From the NCBI GenBank assembly GCA_030427785.1, contig JAUICR010000001.1, positions 1 to 48,987 of the forward strand: a DNA stretch of 48,987 bases, written 5' to 3'. A program made the position numbers and the translations under genes. Under the pieces are notes generated by a model, which was given only the letters and a program-made list of their open reading frames with translations, was not told where the DNA came from and did not search any database. Source of the stretch: Bacteroidia bacterium (GTDB taxonomy: Bacteria; Bacteroidota; Bacteroidia; Flavobacteriales; Schleiferiaceae). Below, one piece after another: positions 18,369 through 27,008 of this stretch; the first letter of the stretch is position 1; every line of letters begins with the position of its first letter.

Positions 18369-19502
18369 TTAGCTAAACATCTCCTTTACCTTGTCAAAGA
18401 ATGATTTATCGCTTTTGCCAGGTACAGGAACAAACTCATCTTCAAACCTCATTTTCTCGAACATTTTCTTTTGTTCGCTACTAAGGTTTTTGGGGGTCCA
18501 TACATTTACATGTACTAATAAGTCTCCTGTTCCATAAGAGTCAAGACTCGGTAAGCCCTTGTTTCGCAATCTTAGTATTTTGCCCGATTGAGTACCTTCA
18601 TCTAAGCTAATACGTGCTTTTCCACCTACGGTGGGTACATCTACCTTGGTGCCCAATACCGCATCTGGCATACTTATGTACAATTCGTAGTGTAGATTAC
18701 TTCCTTCGCGCTCAAGCTCCGGGTGCTTCTCTTCTTCAATCACTACAATCAAATCTCCATTTACACCATCCATGGGTCCGGCATTTCCTTTGCCTGCAAC
18801 TTTTAGCTGCATACCATCTACCACACCGGCAGGAATTTTTACAGAAACTGTATCCTCCTTTCGCACCATACCTTGAGCATCAGCGCCAGCAGGTTTTTTA
18901 TCAATTTCTTTACCTAGGCCATTACAAGCCGGGCAGCTACTGCTAGTCTGCATTTGGCCTAAAATGGTATTGGTTACACGGTATACTTGTCCAGATCCTT
19001 TACAGGTATTACAAGTTTTGAAGGTTACACCATCAGCGGGTACTTGTCGCTTAATACGGAGTTTCTTTTCCACTCCATTCGCTATATCCTCCAGGTTTAG
19101 CTTAACACGTACTCTCAGGTTGCTTCCTTTAAAAACTCTGCGGCCACCGCCACCACCACGGCTACGGCCACCACCGCCAAATCCGCCAAATCCGCCACCG
19201 CCAAAGATGTCGCCAAATTGGCTGAAAATATCATCCATGTTCATTCCGCCACCGCCAAATCCGCCTCCGGCAGCACCGCCCATACCGGCATGACCAAATT
19301 GGTCATATCGTTGCTTCTTATCGGCATTGCTTAGTACTTCGTAGGCTTCTGCCGCTTCTTTAAACTTGGCTTCTGCAGCACTGTCGTCAGGGTTCTTGTC
19401 AGGGTGATATTGGATTGCCAGCTTGCGATAAGCTTTTTTTATTTCGCTTTCAGACGCTCCTTTGCTTATCCCTAATACTTCGTAATAATCTCTTTTTGCC
19501 AT
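18369..19502 (-). CDS. dnaJ: Chaperone DnaJ
   Basis: [12 protein letters not shown] motif, G/F-rich region, two CxxCxGxG repeats and C-terminal domain. Start at ATG 19502 (MAKRD). Confidence 0.97.
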   Translation of the reverse strand: MAKRDYYEVLGISKGASESEIKKAYRKLAIQYHPDKNPDDSAAEAKFKEAAEAYEVLSNADKKQRYDQFGHAGMGGAAGGGFGGGGMNMDDIFSQFGDIFGGGGFGGFGGGGRSRGGGGGRRVFKGSNLRVRVKLNLEDIANGVEKKLRIKRQVPADGVTFKTCNTCKGSGQVYRVTNTILGQMQTSSSCPACNGLGKEIDKKPAGADAQGMVRKEDTVSVKIPAGVVDGMQLKVAGKGNAGPMDGVNGDLIVVIEEEKHPELEREGSNLHYELYISMPDAVLGTKVDVPTVGGKARISLDEGTQSGKILRLRNKGLPSLDSYGTGDLLVHVNVWTPKNLSSEQKKMFEKMRFEDEFVPVPGKSDKSFFDKVKEMFS

Positions 19503-19509
19503 TTCTCTA

Positions 19510-20052
19510 TTATTGGCCAACTACAACTTTGGCGTATCTCAAAATTTTGTTTCCTAACTGATAGCCTCTTTCTATTTCATCTACCACCTTACCCTTTAGC
19601 TTACTACTAGGGGCTGGAATTTGCGTTACCGCTTCCATCAGATCTGCATCAAATGGTTTGCCTGTAGAATCTTCCATTGGCTTTAGCCCCTTGTTTTTTA
19701 AGGTGTTTTCTAGCTTGTTGTATATCAATTGTGTGCCGCTGTCCTTAGTATTGCCTTCCTGAGCTTTTATAGCGCGTTCAAAATCATCAAGAATTGGCAG
19801 TAAGGCTGTCATTAAATCTTGATTGGCAGAGCCAAATAGCTCTATTCGTTCCTTAGCAGTCCTTTTTCTGAAGTTTTCAAACTCAGCAAATAACCTCAGG
19901 TTTTGATCTTTTAGATCAGCAATTTCTTTTTCCATTTGTTCGATAGGATCTACTTCTTCGGCATTGGGCTGATCAGTACTTCCCTCTTGGGTAGCAGTGT
20001 CAGTCACATTATCTTCCATTTCATCCTCTTTTATAAGGTCTTTTTCGCTCAT
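19510..20052 (-). CDS. grpE: Nucleotide exchange factor GrpE
   Basis: [21 protein letters not shown] and [16 protein letters not shown]. Directly upstream of dnaJ. Confidence 0.96.
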   Translation of the reverse strand: MSEKDLIKEDEMEDNVTDTATQEGSTDQPNAEEVDPIEQMEKEIADLKDQNLRLFAEFENFRKRTAKERIELFGSANQDLMTALLPILDDFERAIKAQEGNTKDSGTQLIYNKLENTLKNKGLKPMEDSTGKPFDADLMEAVTQIPAPSSKLKGKVVDEIERGYQLGNKILRYAKVVVGQ

Positions 20053-20084
20053 TTCCGATAGGTATTGTTAAAAAGCCCTTAAAG

Positions 20085-20125
20085 TCAAAAGCCTTGCCAG
20101 CTATCTAAAAATGCCAGTATGGCAT
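20085..20125 (-). promoter_or_regulatory. Putative sigma54 (-24/-12) promoter plus ATGCCA-N3-TGGCAT inverted repeat upstream of grpE-dnaJ
   Basis: Minus strand TGGCAAGGCTTTTGA (20099-20085; GG-N10-GA) and a perfect inverted repeat at 20111-20125. Confidence 0.55.
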
Positions 20126-20159
20126 AAAAAAACACCAGCCTAAGTCAGGCTGGTGTTTT
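20126..20159 (-). terminator. Intrinsic terminator downstream of the TlpA gene
   Basis: AAAACACCAGCCT-aagtc-AGGCTGGTGTTTT perfect 13-bp stem, followed by a U-run on the minus strand. Confidence 0.8.
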
Positions 20160-20185
20160 ATTGTCATTGTGTGAATAAAGAATTA

Positions 20186-20743
20186 TTAATCAGCAAGCTT
20201 TTCGAGCGTGCTTTCTAATTGGTCGCCCCTTAAGTTTTTGGCAATTATTACACCATCACCATCTACTAAAAATGTAGCTGGAATGGAATTCACATTATAA
20301 ATTTTAGCCCCTTCAGAAGACCAGAACTTTAGATCACTCACATGGTATTTCCATATTAGTTTGTCAGCCGCAATTGCATTTACCCAATCCGTTTTATTTC
20401 GGTCTAAAGAAACACTGTACACCTCAAATCCTCGTCCGTTTTTGAATGAGGTATTTTTGTACTGATTGTACATACGTACCACATTTGGGTTTTCTATTCT
20501 ACAAGGCCTGCACCAGCTCGCCCAAAAATCAATAAGAACTAATTTTCCTTTTAACTCTGACAATTTCATTATCTCACCATCAGGGTTGGTAAAAGCTAGT
20601 TCAGGAGCTTTTTGACCAATAGTTACAGTTTGTGCTTGTTCATCAATATTAGGGTTAGTACTCCAGTCTTCAATAAATCCTAACGCTACAAAACAAATTG
20701 CGGCAATGGCTATAATGGAAGTTGGTTTTTTAAAAATGTGCAT
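20186..20743 (-). CDS. TlpA/ResA family thiol-disulfide oxidoreductase, exported
   Basis: IDFWASWCRPCR (CxxC), VSLD and IPATFLVD motifs, N-terminal hydrophobic segment. Start placed at ATG 20743, but uncertain. Confidence 0.88.
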   Translation of the reverse strand: MHIFKKPTSIIAIAAICFVALGFIEDWSTNPNIDEQAQTVTIGQKAPELAFTNPDGEIMKLSELKGKLVLIDFWASWCRPCRIENPNVVRMYNQYKNTSFKNGRGFEVYSVSLDRNKTDWVNAIAADKLIWKYHVSDLKFWSSEGAKIYNVNSIPATFLVDGDGVIIAKNLRGDQLESTLEKLAD

Positions 20744-20849
20744 TTTTACAAGGGTTTTATCTTTTTTAATCAATTGTGGTAAACCTTTTTTATATCAAGA
20801 TGTTACGTTCTAACAAAAACTACTGAGGCTAAAATAATACCCCATAATT

Positions 20850-22154
20850 TTAATCTAATCTAACAATTTCTGCGCCAATCGCTCGCAATCTTTCGTCAAT
20901 GTTCTGATAACCGCGATCTATTTGCTCAATATTATGAATGGTGCTTGTGCCTTCAGCGCTAAGTGCAGCTATTAGCAGCGAAATTCCTGCTCTAATATCA
21001 GGACTAGTCATAGTGGTAGCGCGCAGGGGAACTTGGTTGTCAAGCCCAATAATGGTAGCTCGGTGTGGGTCGCACAAAATTATTTGAGCACCCATATCAA
21101 TAAGCTTATCTACAAAGAATAGGCGGCTTTCAAACATTTTTTGATGAATCAAAACACTGCCTCTGGCCTGAGTGGCTACTACCAATGCTATACTCAACAG
21201 GTCAGGCGTAAAGCCTGGCCATGGGGCATCAGCTAATGTAAGTATCGATCCATCTATGTAATTAGAAATTTCATAGTGATCCTGAGAAGGGATAAAAATA
21301 TCATCGCCTCTTCGCTCGAGCTTTATACCCATTTTTTGGAAAGTAGAGGGTATTACTCCCAAGTCAGGGTAACTTACATCCTTGATGGTAATCTCAGAAC
21401 CTGTCATGGCAGCCAAACCTATCCACGAGCCTATTTCAATCATATCAGGCAATATGCGGTGGTCGCATCCTCCTAGCTCATCTACTCCTTCTATGGTAAG
21501 AAGATTGGAACTTATACCCGTAATTTTTGCACCCATACTATTCAGCATTTTACACAATTGCTGTATATATGGCTCGCAGGCGGCATTGTATATTGTGGTG
21601 GTGCCTTTGGCAAGTGCCGCAGCCATTAGGATATTGGCCGTACCCGTTACCGAAGCTTCATCTAAAAGCATGTCGGTGCCAGTTAATTCGCCTTCAACAC
21701 CGTAAAATGATTCATCCGCTTTGTACCTGAATTTGGCACCAAGCTTTTGAAATCCAATAAAGTGAGTATCTAGCCTGCGTCTCCCAATTTTATCTCCACC
21801 AGGTTTTGGAATAAATCCTTTTCCGAATCTAGCCAACAAAGGACCTACTATCATAATAGAGCCTCTAAGTGAACTACCTTTTTCTTTAAACTCGGGCGAT
21901 TCTAAATATCCAAGGTTTAAATCATCTGCCTGAAAAGAGTACGTTCCGGGCCCTTGTCGCTGGATTCTAACACCTAAATCTGCTAATAGATCAATGAGTT
22001 TATTAACATCTACAATGTCTGGGATATTTGAGATCGTAACTTTTTCGGAAGTAAGTAAGGTGGCGCATATTACTTGTAGGGCCTCATTTTTGGCGCCTTG
22101 TGGCACCAATTCACCCTTGAGTTTTTTTCCACCAGTTATTTGGAAAGTTCCCAA
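20850..22154 (-). CDS. murA: UDP-N-acetylglucosamine 1-carboxyvinyltransferase
   Basis: GAKN, LRGS, PGG-D-KIGRR, SVTGTANILMAA, PDIRAG and IDRGY motifs. TTG start. Confidence 0.96.
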   Translation of the reverse strand: MGTFQITGGKKLKGELVPQGAKNEALQVICATLLTSEKVTISNIPDIVDVNKLIDLLADLGVRIQRQGPGTYSFQADDLNLGYLESPEFKEKGSSLRGSIMIVGPLLARFGKGFIPKPGGDKIGRRRLDTHFIGFQKLGAKFRYKADESFYGVEGELTGTDMLLDEASVTGTANILMAAALAKGTTTIYNAACEPYIQQLCKMLNSMGAKITGISSNLLTIEGVDELGGCDHRILPDMIEIGSWIGLAAMTGSEITIKDVSYPDLGVIPSTFQKMGIKLERRGDDIFIPSQDHYEISNYIDGSILTLADAPWPGFTPDLLSIALVVATQARGSVLIHQKMFESRLFFVDKLIDMGAQIILCDPHRATIIGLDNQVPLRATTMTSPDIRAGISLLIAALSAEGTSTIHNIEQIDRGYQNIDERLRAIGAEIVRLD

Positions 22155-22173
22155 TGTATAATCAGTATTAAAA

Positions 22174-22785
22174 TTATTTCTTGAATTTTCTTCTGCGGTT
22201 CTTATTGTTGTTGCTGTTGTTGGAGCGTTTTTGTGGAGGAACCAAGTCGTGCTTGTTCTTCAAGTTCATGTCGTCCAGCTTTAGCTTGCCATTGGCCAGG
22301 TCGTTCATTTCTCTTAGTATCACATCATCCTCTACCGTATCCTTATTCCATATTAGGTAGGTCTTCTTCATATGATTGGCAATGGCAATTTTTAGCCTCT
22401 CCTTTTCTTCACCAGGGGGTTGCTCTACCGCATATTGAATCATGTTGCGAATTACATTGCCATAATGGCGATACTTTCTATTCTTGATGGGATATTTTAC
22501 CAGTTGTGGTTTTTCCTTAAATGTTTCTTCAGAAGGCTTTGGGTAAGGAGATTCTACATCTAGTTTAAAATCAGACATTATAAATAGGTGATCCCACAGT
22601 TTGTGCTTAAAGTCAGGCACATCTCTAATTTGAGGATTAAGATTTCCTATGATTTCTACCAGATTTTGTGCTTGTTTGTTACGCTCTTCATCATCCTCTA
22701 AAGTAAGCAGATGCTGCACCATCTTTTGTACATTTCTACCATATTCAGGGATAATCAGGTGGGGGAGACTTGTGTTGTATTCCAT
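22174..22785 (-). CDS. DUF4290-like conserved Bacteroidota protein
   Basis: MEYNT...IPEYGRNVQKMV, HKLWDHLFIMS and basic C-terminal tail, directly upstream of murA. Family assignment from recall. Confidence 0.8.
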   Translation of the reverse strand: MEYNTSLPHLIIPEYGRNVQKMVQHLLTLEDDEERNKQAQNLVEIIGNLNPQIRDVPDFKHKLWDHLFIMSDFKLDVESPYPKPSEETFKEKPQLVKYPIKNRKYRHYGNVIRNMIQYAVEQPPGEEKERLKIAIANHMKKTYLIWNKDTVEDDVILREMNDLANGKLKLDDMNLKNKHDLVPPQKRSNNSNNNKNRRRKFKK

Positions 22786-22864
22786 GTGATTTATTTCGAT
22801 TTTATCAGACTCAATCCATTATCCATGGGCGTTTTTATAGGTCTGATATCTCAAGATCTTATTT

Positions 22865-25168
22865 CTAAGTGACTTTTTCAAGTTTGGCAAATTTGAGTAA
22901 TAATTTTTTGTTGCCAACATTATCGAACTCAATTAACGCTTTTTTATTGGAGCCAACTCCTTCGAGTTCCTTTATCACACCATGTCCAAATCGCTGGTGC
23001 TTGATTCTGTCACCAACGTTTACATCAGTGAGCTCTGCAAAGTTACCCGAAGTTTCAGTATTGGTTATTTTTCTTAGATTTCCTCGTCTTGGCATTACAG
23101 GTTTGGGAGCTCGCGTAGCACCAGGACTTGTTTTTCGCCTCACTGGGTTACTCGAAGGAGTATCACCATAAGGTCCAGAAAATGGACTGATCTCCGGAAC
23201 TTTGATATCTACAAATTTTTCGTCCAACTCTTCTAAAAACCTGCTAGGTTCGCAGTCTATCAACTTTCCCCAGCGGTAGCGCATCTGGGTGTAGGTCAAT
23301 ATGGCCTCTTGCTCAGCACGGGTAAGCGCAACATAAAACAAGCGTCTTTCTTCCTCTAAGTCGGCTCGGCTACCCACGCTCATCATTCCCGGGAATAAGC
23401 CTTCCTCTAGCCCTACTATATACACTACCGGAAACTCTAGTCCCTTAGCCAGATGTATAGTCATTAAGGCCACTTTGTTTTGGTCATCGTCTGAGCCTAA
23501 ATCGGCATCGGTTATCAATGCTACATCTTCCATAAAGGTGCTAATACTGGCGTCTGCTCCATCCGTTTCCTTTTGGTTTTCGGCAAATTCCTTTACAGAA
23601 TTTAAAAGTTCTTGCACGTTTTCAAATCGGCTAATTCCCTCTGGAGTTTTGTCTTCCTTCAACTCGTGCACCAGTCCCGAAGATTTTGCAATATGAGCGG
23701 CTACCTCAAATGCATCGCCTTTATTAGCCAATATTTGGAAGCTTTCTATCTTGGTTACAAAATCTTTGATTTTGAGCTGAACGGCTTTTCCTATTCCAAG
23801 ATTTACAAAGTAGGGGAGTTTCTTGCAGGCCTCCATCATGCTGATGCCCTCGCTATTGGCCGCTACGGTTATTTTATCCATAGTGGTGTTGCCAATGCCA
23901 CGCTTAGGCAAATTGATTACTCTGCGCAGCGCCTCTTCATCATCCGGATTTATAGTTAATCTAAAATAGGCTAACAAATCTTTTACTTCTTTTCGCTGAT
24001 AAAAGGAAACTCCACCAAAAATTCGATACGGAATATTTTTTCTCCTCAGCGCATCTTCCATCGCCCTCGATTGCGAATTGGTACGGTACAAAATGGCATA
24101 GTCGCTATACTGGCGGTGCTTAGTCATTTGGTTTTCGAAAATGCTACGGGCTACATAGCTGCCTTCGTCATTATCGCTTACCGTTTTGTGCACCACTATT
24201 TTATCACCATCGGTATTGTCGGTCCATACTTCTTTGTGCAGCTGATCTTTATTTTTTGCAATAAGGCTATTGGCAGCCCCTACTATTGTTTTGGTAGAGC
24301 GATAATTTTGCTCGAGCTTAAATACTCTTACCTCTGCATAATCTCTTTGATAATTGAGAATGTTTTGAATATTGGCTCCACGAAAAGCATAAATGGATTG
24401 AGCATCATCACCTACCACACAAATGTTTTCGTGGCGATTGGCCAAAGCTTTTACAATAAGGTATTGCGCGTGGTTGGTATCCTGGTACTCATCTACCATG
24501 ATGTAACGAAATCTATCCTGGTACTTGGCCAGCACATCCGGAAATTTCCTTAATAATATAAAGGTATAGAGTAGGAGGTCGTCAAAATCCATGGCGCCAG
24601 AGCGGAAACATCTTTCAGCATAGGCTCTGTAAATATCTCCAAACTGTGGCATTCTTGCCTCTCTGTCAGCTTCCTGCAGTTCAGGCGTGCGTAGATATTC
24701 TTTTGGGGTAACCAATCCATTTTTGAGAGCCGAAATTCTTCGGGCTACACTTTTAGGTTTGTAAATCTCTTTATCAAGACTTTGCTCCTTTAATATGTTA
24801 CTAATCACTTTGCGAGCATCTTCCGCATCATAAATAGTAAAGTTGTTTGGGAAGCCGAGTCGCTCTGATTCGATCCTAAGTATTTTGGCAAATACAGAGT
24901 GGAAGGTTCCCATCCAAAGATTCTTAGCTTCTGAAGCACCTACAATCTTTCCGATACGCTCCTTCATCTCGCGGGCCGCCTTATTGGTAAAGGTGAGCGA
25001 AAGAATATTGAAAGGATCAACTCCTTTGGCCGACATAAGGTGAGCAATGCGGTAGGTGAGCACACGGGTTTTGCCCGAACCCGCTCCGGCTATTACCATT
25101 ACGGGGCCTTCGTTATTGATAACCGCCTCGCGCTGCGAAGGATTTAATTGTTTCAGATAATCTTGCAT
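22865..25168 (-). CDS. uvrD: ATP-dependent DNA helicase UvrD/PcrA
   Basis: AGAGSGKT, TFTNKAAREM, VDEYQDTN, VGDDAQSIYAFRGA, LEQNYRS, EERRLFYVALTRA and C-terminal Tudor-like HQRFG. Confidence 0.95.
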   Translation of the reverse strand: MQDYLKQLNPSQREAVINNEGPVMVIAGAGSGKTRVLTYRIAHLMSAKGVDPFNILSLTFTNKAAREMKERIGKIVGASEAKNLWMGTFHSVFAKILRIESERLGFPNNFTIYDAEDARKVISNILKEQSLDKEIYKPKSVARRISALKNGLVTPKEYLRTPELQEADREARMPQFGDIYRAYAERCFRSGAMDFDDLLLYTFILLRKFPDVLAKYQDRFRYIMVDEYQDTNHAQYLIVKALANRHENICVVGDDAQSIYAFRGANIQNILNYQRDYAEVRVFKLEQNYRSTKTIVGAANSLIAKNKDQLHKEVWTDNTDGDKIVVHKTVSDNDEGSYVARSIFENQMTKHRQYSDYAILYRTNSQSRAMEDALRRKNIPYRIFGGVSFYQRKEVKDLLAYFRLTINPDDEEALRRVINLPKRGIGNTTMDKITVAANSEGISMMEACKKLPYFVNLGIGKAVQLKIKDFVTKIESFQILANKGDAFEVAAHIAKSSGLVHELKEDKTPEGISRFENVQELLNSVKEFAENQKETDGADASISTFMEDVALITDADLGSDDDQNKVALMTIHLAKGLEFPVVYIVGLEEGLFPGMMSVGSRADLEEERRLFYVALTRAEQEAILTYTQMRYRWGKLIDCEPSRFLEELDEKFVDIKVPEISPFSGPYGDTPSSNPVRRKTSPGATRAPKPVMPRRGNLRKITNTETSGNFAELTDVNVGDRIKHQRFGHGVIKELEGVGSNKKALIEFDNVGNKKLLLKFAKLEKVT

Positions 25169-25316
25169 GGAGTCTTTTCTCTAGAAGAAGGCAAAGTACC
25201 TATATATTAAGGAAAGGGGCAAGTAGAGATATGAACAGGTTATGTTGTTTGAAAGAGTAGATGGGTAAATAACCGAGTTCCGACAAATTATTATGACAGA
25301 ATATTTTGTTATTTGA

Positions 25317-25328
25317 TTTTTTTTTTTT
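25317..25328. repeat. T12 homopolymer in the divergent uvrD/lipoprotein intergenic region
   Basis: Twelve consecutive T at 25317-25328. Confidence 0.9.
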
Positions 25329-25431
25329 CATCTTCACCAAGTTATTACCAATTTTCCAGGCCTGGATTGAAAAATAACCGAGGAAGCCGAAACGTGTTAA
25401 GAGTAGGTATATTTTTTAATTTATTTTTATT

Positions 25432-26253
25432 ATGAAAAAGTTAATTTTTTTATCACTTGCGATTGGGTTGTTTGCCTGTTCCAAGGAAAAGAGTTCAATT
25501 GAAGTTTTCCACCCTAATGTCTTAAAGAGCTCCGTTCAATCACAGAGTCCTTACAATACGGTAGGGTTAATTCATAATCAGTATTTGGATGGACTTAAAG
25601 TAGGTTTAGATACCTGTACAACTATTAGCTCTGCTGTACAGCTTGCCAGTAATTTAGCGGAATCTGATTCCATTGATTTTAATTTTGAGCAGGGAGTGGA
25701 AATAATGGATTCTGTTGCTAGTATTGTGCAGTCCTCGGATGCTTCGTTTTCAAGTCAGATTTTGTACCTGTATAATCAAGGAGAAATTAGTGTTAGTCTT
25801 TACTCCAAGTTACAGCCTATTGGAAAAGCGCTTAATGTCGATGACTTTTCTATATCGGGCTCAGATACCCTTAGCGAGATAACAAGTTATTTTAATGATA
25901 AACTGGACTACTTAACGGAGTTGGAGGATAGTCTTTTGAATATAAGTTTTTCGGACCAGGAGGAAGAAAAAGCTGTTTTGTCGGCCATTTCTATTTGTCG
26001 ACACAGTCTTACGTTTTGGGTGGGGGTAATAAATGATACACATCATCCGTTTCATGATATGCTTGTTGATATGAGCTTTGATTTGGGAAAGACAGCGAAG
26101 TGGAACCGCTTTTGGGAATCGACTGCTATTGTGGTCGGATTAGATGTTTTAGGTGGTCTTGCTGGTGTGTTGGGAGGTGTTACTATCGGGTTTGCTGGAG
26201 TCATGGCTGGGGTGGCTTCAGGGTTAGGGGTAATTGGTTTATTGTGGGGTTAA
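25432..26253 (+). CDS. Hypothetical lipoprotein with C-terminal hydrophobic glycine-zipper peptide
   Basis: Lipobox GLFA-C16 followed by SKE, acidic helical-looking middle, and a last 50 aa with 13 Gly and GxxxG repeats. Confidence 0.85.
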   Translation: MKKLIFLSLAIGLFACSKEKSSIEVFHPNVLKSSVQSQSPYNTVGLIHNQYLDGLKVGLDTCTTISSAVQLASNLAESDSIDFNFEQGVEIMDSVASIVQSSDASFSSQILYLYNQGEISVSLYSKLQPIGKALNVDDFSISGSDTLSEITSYFNDKLDYLTELEDSLLNISFSDQEEEKAVLSAISICRHSLTFWVGVINDTHHPFHDMLVDMSFDLGKTAKWNRFWESTAIVVGLDVLGGLAGVLGGVTIGFAGVMAGVASGLGVIGLLWG

Positions 26254-26269
26254 TATAATTTAAGGAATA

Positions 26270-26986
26270 ATGAAAATTAAAGGAGTTTTTGTGTTGCTGA
26301 CAGGAATGTTAATCTTCTGCTGCTTCGAGATGCACGGTCAATCTTCAGATTCTCGCATTAATCAAGAATGGAATATACATCTGATAGGTGGAGTACAGTT
26401 TAAGGATCAGTCGGGCTTGAGTAAACTGTTGTTTAATGATGACGGAAACGGTTTTAGTTCTAACCTTTATACTTATGTTGGCGGTGGGCTCAAAATTGAT
26501 TGGAATAGAGTTTTGATATCTGTAGATGGTAAGCGCGGGACTTTTAATGAAAATGTGGCTAACGGAAACCAAGTGGAGGTAAAGGATAATACAGGGCAGC
26601 TTGCCGTTGGTTATAACCTTTTTATAGAAAAAAGGATTAAGCTTGCTCCTATTGTAGGAATCCTTGTTTCACAAAGTGAAATTAATTATACCCAGAATTC
26701 GCCTAATCCACCTTCTAGTGTATCTGGGTTGTTGGCAGGTGCGCCTAATACTTGGTTATTAAAAGCTCAAAACTACTATGCTTCTGCAGGAGTAGATTTT
26801 AGTTTTAATACTGGAGAAGGGCAGCATTACAAGTTTGTGCCGCTAGAACTTGGTGTAAAGGCAGAGTATTTACACCGTCTATCAGATACGGATTGGAAAT
26901 CGGGTTTGGATAGTAAAATAGAAGGTCCTAACGTATTTGATTCTAGTTTTTATATAGGTATATCTATAGGTTGGTGGATTATCTAG
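26270..26986 (+). CDS. Hypothetical outer-membrane beta-barrel protein
   Basis: Signal peptide ending ...EMHG-Q, alternating amphipathic strands (YTYVGGGLKIDW, GQLAVGYNL, YYASAGVDFSF, ELGVKAEYL) and terminal strand FYIGISIGWWII. Confidence 0.75.
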   Translation: MKIKGVFVLLTGMLIFCCFEMHGQSSDSRINQEWNIHLIGGVQFKDQSGLSKLLFNDDGNGFSSNLYTYVGGGLKIDWNRVLISVDGKRGTFNENVANGNQVEVKDNTGQLAVGYNLFIEKRIKLAPIVGILVSQSEINYTQNSPNPPSSVSGLLAGAPNTWLLKAQNYYASAGVDFSFNTGEGQHYKFVPLELGVKAEYLHRLSDTDWKSGLDSKIEGPNVFDSSFYIGISIGWWII

Positions 26987-27008
26987 TTAGGTATTTTATG
27001 GTATTATC

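Noticed and set aside
19140-19290. GC-rich tandem CCGCCA/CCGCCAAAT repeats
   Set aside because: They encode the Gly/Phe-rich linker of DnaJ ([10 protein letters not shown]). Not a CRISPR or VNTR element.
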